A program made the translations under genes and the position numbers. Of a stretch of DNA of 32,000 bases, positions 27,835-32,000 are shown one piece after another (position 1 is the first letter of the stretch; each line of letters opens with the position of its first letter). The DNA is from Pseudomonas aeruginosa. GTDB taxonomy: Bacteria; Pseudomonadota; Gammaproteobacteria; Pseudomonadales; Pseudomonadaceae. The DNA lies in the NCBI RefSeq assembly GCF_001457615.1, contig NZ_LN831024.1, positions 6,270,001 through 6,302,000 of the forward strand. Direction: 5' to 3'. A model generated the notes under the pieces. That model was not told the DNA's origin. It searched no databases and saw only the letters and a list, made by a program, of their open reading frames with translations.

Positions 27835-27852
27835 TTTCGTTTCGAAAGAAAA
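27835..27852. promoter_or_regulatory. Possible DeoR-family operator upstream of glmR
   Basis: TTTCGTTTCGAAAGAAAA: tandem TTTCG units including a TTTCGAAA palindrome. Confidence 0.35.
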
Positions 27853-27896
27853 GTGTGCGAATCAAAACTTATCCGGCGCTTCTCGTCAATGACTTT

Positions 27897-28406
27897 TCAT
27901 CGGCTCGGCAGCACCGTATCGGGATCGAGATAGAACATCTTCTTCCAACCCTGGGTGCTGTCGTCGGCCAGCCAGGGATAGGGCAGCAAGGTGATGATCG
28001 CGTAGTGCAGGTGGGCCGGCTTGCCGCGCGCGTTGCCGGTGGTGCCGACCGTACCCAGGCGGGAACCGGCAAGGACCGGCTGGCCCGGATAGGCGTCGAG
28101 GCTATCGAGATGGGCGTAGTAATGCAGGCGCCACTTGGGCGCCAGCACCAGGACGACCTTGCCGCCGAGGGCGATCTCCCCGCGATAGAGCACCAGGCCG
28201 TAGCTGGCGGAGCGTACGGGGGTGCCGCTGCGGGCGAAGATGTCGATGCCCTTGTGCACTCCGGAGCGCCCCCAGGGCTCGAACCAGAAGGTTCGCGGAT
28301 TCCAGTCGCGGGCACTGGCGCCTTCGACGGGTATCCGCGGCCATTCGGGCAGCACCGCCCAGGCTATGAGCAGCCCCAGCACGATCCGTTTCGCAGGCTT
28401 CGGCAT
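27897..28406 (-). CDS. M23-family (LytM-like) peptidase
   Basis: 169 aa from ATG 28406; GVHKGIDIFARSGTPVRSASYGLVLYRGEIALGGKVVLVLAPKWRLHYYAHL. Confidence 0.87.
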   Translation of the reverse strand: MPKPAKRIVLGLLIAWAVLPEWPRIPVEGASARDWNPRTFWFEPWGRSGVHKGIDIFARSGTPVRSASYGLVLYRGEIALGGKVVLVLAPKWRLHYYAHLDSLDAYPGQPVLAGSRLGTVGTTGNARGKPAHLHYAIITLLPYPWLADDSTQGWKKMFYLDPDTVLPSR

Positions 28407-28419
28407 CCGTGCCGCTCCG

Positions 28420-29784
28420 TTACTTCTTGATTTTTTCCGGGCGCTTCCAGTTTTCCAGGTTCTTCTGCCGGGCGCGGCCGAAGGCCAGGTTCTTCGCCGG
28501 AACCTCATGGGTGATGGTGGAGCCGGCCGCGGTCGTCGCGCCATCGCCGATCTTCAGCGGCGCCACCAGCGAGTTGTTCGAGCCGATGAACACATCGTCG
28601 CCCAGCTCGGTGCGGAACTTGTTCGCGCCATCGTAGTTGCAGGTGATGGTGCCGGCGCCGATGTTGCAGTTGGCGCCCAGCTCGGCATCGCCCAGGTAGC
28701 TCAGGTGGCCGGCCTTGCTGCCCTCGCCCAGGCGGGCATTCTTCAGTTCGACGAAGTTGCCGACATGGGCCCGAGCGCCGAGCACGCTGCCCGGACGCAG
28801 GCGGGCAAACGGACCGGCATCGCTACCCTCGCCCAGCTCCGCGCCTTCCAGGTGGCTGTTGGCCTTGATCACCGCGCCACGCCGCAGGACGCTGTCGCGA
28901 ATCACGCAGTTCGGTCCGATGCGCACGTCGTCCTCGATCACCACGCGGCCTTCCAGCACCACATTGACGTCGATCAGCACGTCGCGGCCGACCGAGATTT
29001 CGCCACGGACATCCAGGCGCTGCGGATCGAGCAGGGTCACGCCCTGGCGCATCAGCTCCTCTGCGCGCATGCGCTGGTAGTGACGCTCCAGCTGGGCCTG
29101 TTGCATGCGGTCATTGACGCCCTGCACTTCCATCGCGTCCAGCGGTTGGGCGCTGGCCACCACCAGGCCGTCGCCGACCGCCATGGCGATCACGTCGGTC
29201 AGGTAGTACTCGCCCTGGGCGTTGTCGTTGGACAGGCGGCCGAGCCAGTCGGCAAGGCGCTTGCCCGGCACCGCGAGGATGCCGGTGTTGATCTCGCCGA
29301 TCTGGCGCTGCGCCGGGGTCGCGTCCTTGTGCTCGACGATGGCCTGCACCGCGCCCTGGTCGTCACGGACGATGCGGCCGTAGCCGGTGGGGTCGAGCAT
29401 GTCGACGGTGAGCAACGACAACTGGTCCGGGGTGACTTGCGCCAGCAGGCGCTGCAAGGTGTCCAGCTGGATCAGCGGCACGTCGCCGTAGAGGATCAGC
29501 ACCTGGTCTGCACTGAGGAACGGCAGGGCCTGGGCCACCGCATGGCCCGTACCGAGCTGTTCGGCCTGGAGCACGAAATTCAGGTCGTCGGCGGCCATCC
29601 GCTCACGCACCAGATCCGCGCCGTGGCCGATCACCACGTGGATCCGTTCCGGCTGCAACTGGCGCGCGCAGTCGATGACGTGGCCGAGCATCGGCTTGCC
29701 GGCAATGGGATGGAGGACCTTGGGCAGGGCCGAACGCATGCGGGTGCCCTGGCCGGCGGCGAGAATCACGATTTCAAGGGACAT
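28420..29784 (-). CDS. glmU: Bifunctional UDP-GlcNAc pyrophosphorylase / GlcN-1-P acetyltransferase
   Basis: 454 aa; [34 protein letters not shown]-terminal hexapeptide beta-helix. Confidence 0.98.
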   Translation of the reverse strand: MSLEIVILAAGQGTRMRSALPKVLHPIAGKPMLGHVIDCARQLQPERIHVVIGHGADLVRERMAADDLNFVLQAEQLGTGHAVAQALPFLSADQVLILYGDVPLIQLDTLQRLLAQVTPDQLSLLTVDMLDPTGYGRIVRDDQGAVQAIVEHKDATPAQRQIGEINTGILAVPGKRLADWLGRLSNDNAQGEYYLTDVIAMAVGDGLVVASAQPLDAMEVQGVNDRMQQAQLERHYQRMRAEELMRQGVTLLDPQRLDVRGEISVGRDVLIDVNVVLEGRVVIEDDVRIGPNCVIRDSVLRRGAVIKANSHLEGAELGEGSDAGPFARLRPGSVLGARAHVGNFVELKNARLGEGSKAGHLSYLGDAELGANCNIGAGTITCNYDGANKFRTELGDDVFIGSNNSLVAPLKIGDGATTAAGSTITHEVPAKNLAFGRARQKNLENWKRPEKIKK

Positions 29785-29843
29785 GGACTGAACTACCGTT
29801 CCTGGTGGTCACAGGCAAAACCTGTGAGTGAAGATGCAAAACG

Positions 29844-29873
29844 AAAAAAGGGTAGCCCACAGGCTACCCTTTT
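29844..29873. terminator. Intrinsic terminator between atpC and glmU (potentially bidirectional)
   Basis: aaaaaagGGTAGCCcacaGGCTACCCttttt; ends the minus-strand atp operon. Confidence 0.9.
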
Positions 29874-29904
29874 CCCTGACACCGCTAGAAGTACCGGCTG
29901 GAAA

Positions 29905-30330
29905 TCAGCCGCCGAACTTCTTGCGCAGTTGCTGGACGGTGCGCAGCTGGGCTGCGGCTTCGGCCAGACGCGCGGCAGCGGCGCTGTAGTCGAACTCGGC
30001 GCCCTTGCCCTGCAGCGCCTTTTCGGCAGCCTTCAGGGCTTCCTGGGCGGCCGCTTCGTCGAGGTCGCCGGCACGAACCACGGTGTCGGCGAGGACCTTG
30101 ACCATGTTCGGCTGGACTTCGAGGAAACCGCCGGAGATGTAGTACACCTCCTGCTCGCCGCCCTGCTTGACCAGGCGGATGGGGCCCGGTTTCAGGTCGG
30201 TGATCAGCGGCGCGTGGCCCGGGGCGATACCCAGGTCACCCAGAGCGCCGTGCGCGATAACCATCTCGACCAGGCCGGAGAAGATCTCCGCCTCGGCGCT
30301 GACGATGTCGCAATGGACTGTTATGGCCAT
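29905..30330 (-). CDS. atpC: F1Fo ATP synthase subunit epsilon
   Basis: 141 aa; [44 protein letters not shown]. Confidence 0.98.
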
Positions 30331-30371
30331 ACGCTTGCCTCACATGAGCGCCCGTCGCCGGGCGCACAGGA

Positions 30372-32000
<1,629 letters not shown>

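Overview
This window looks like ordinary, gene-dense, high-GC core chromosome of a fluorescent pseudomonad. Gene content and order match what I recall of Pseudomonas aeruginosa between a GntR-family regulator and the atp operon; I could not check this by search. I see no prophage, CRISPR array, tRNA/rRNA, transposase or pseudogene. Gene order: SDR C-terminus; GntR regulator; YgdI/R lipoprotein; SMI1/KNR4-like; Tim44-like; CPA2 antiporter; KgtP-like transporter with a near-consensus sigma54 promoter; tonB1 with a Fur box; COG0523 GTPase; a zinc-scarcity cluster (DUF1826 protein, COG0523 GTPase, Cys-poor dksA2, small exported protein, amidase, folE2, gamma carbonic anhydrase, second dihydroorotase); serine beta-lactamase-family protein; TAXI-TRAP/DUF1850 transporter; cfa; HAD phosphatase; MFS; glmS-glmR; M23 peptidase; glmU; atpC-atpD-atpG. 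Two points stand out. (1) Two divergent intergenic regions carry near-identical Zur-like palindromes (GTTATA-N-TATAAC) that appear to control a two-sided set of zinc-sparing or zinc-handling paralogs, including uncharacterised members. (2) There is a strong excess of consensus DnaA-box 9-mers (TTATCCACA): 8 exact copies between 6.6 and 17.9 kb, plus several one-mismatch copies. Some lie inside coding sequence, one through a very rare TTA Leu codon. The 3' side of glmS is an apparently unoccupied attTn7 site.
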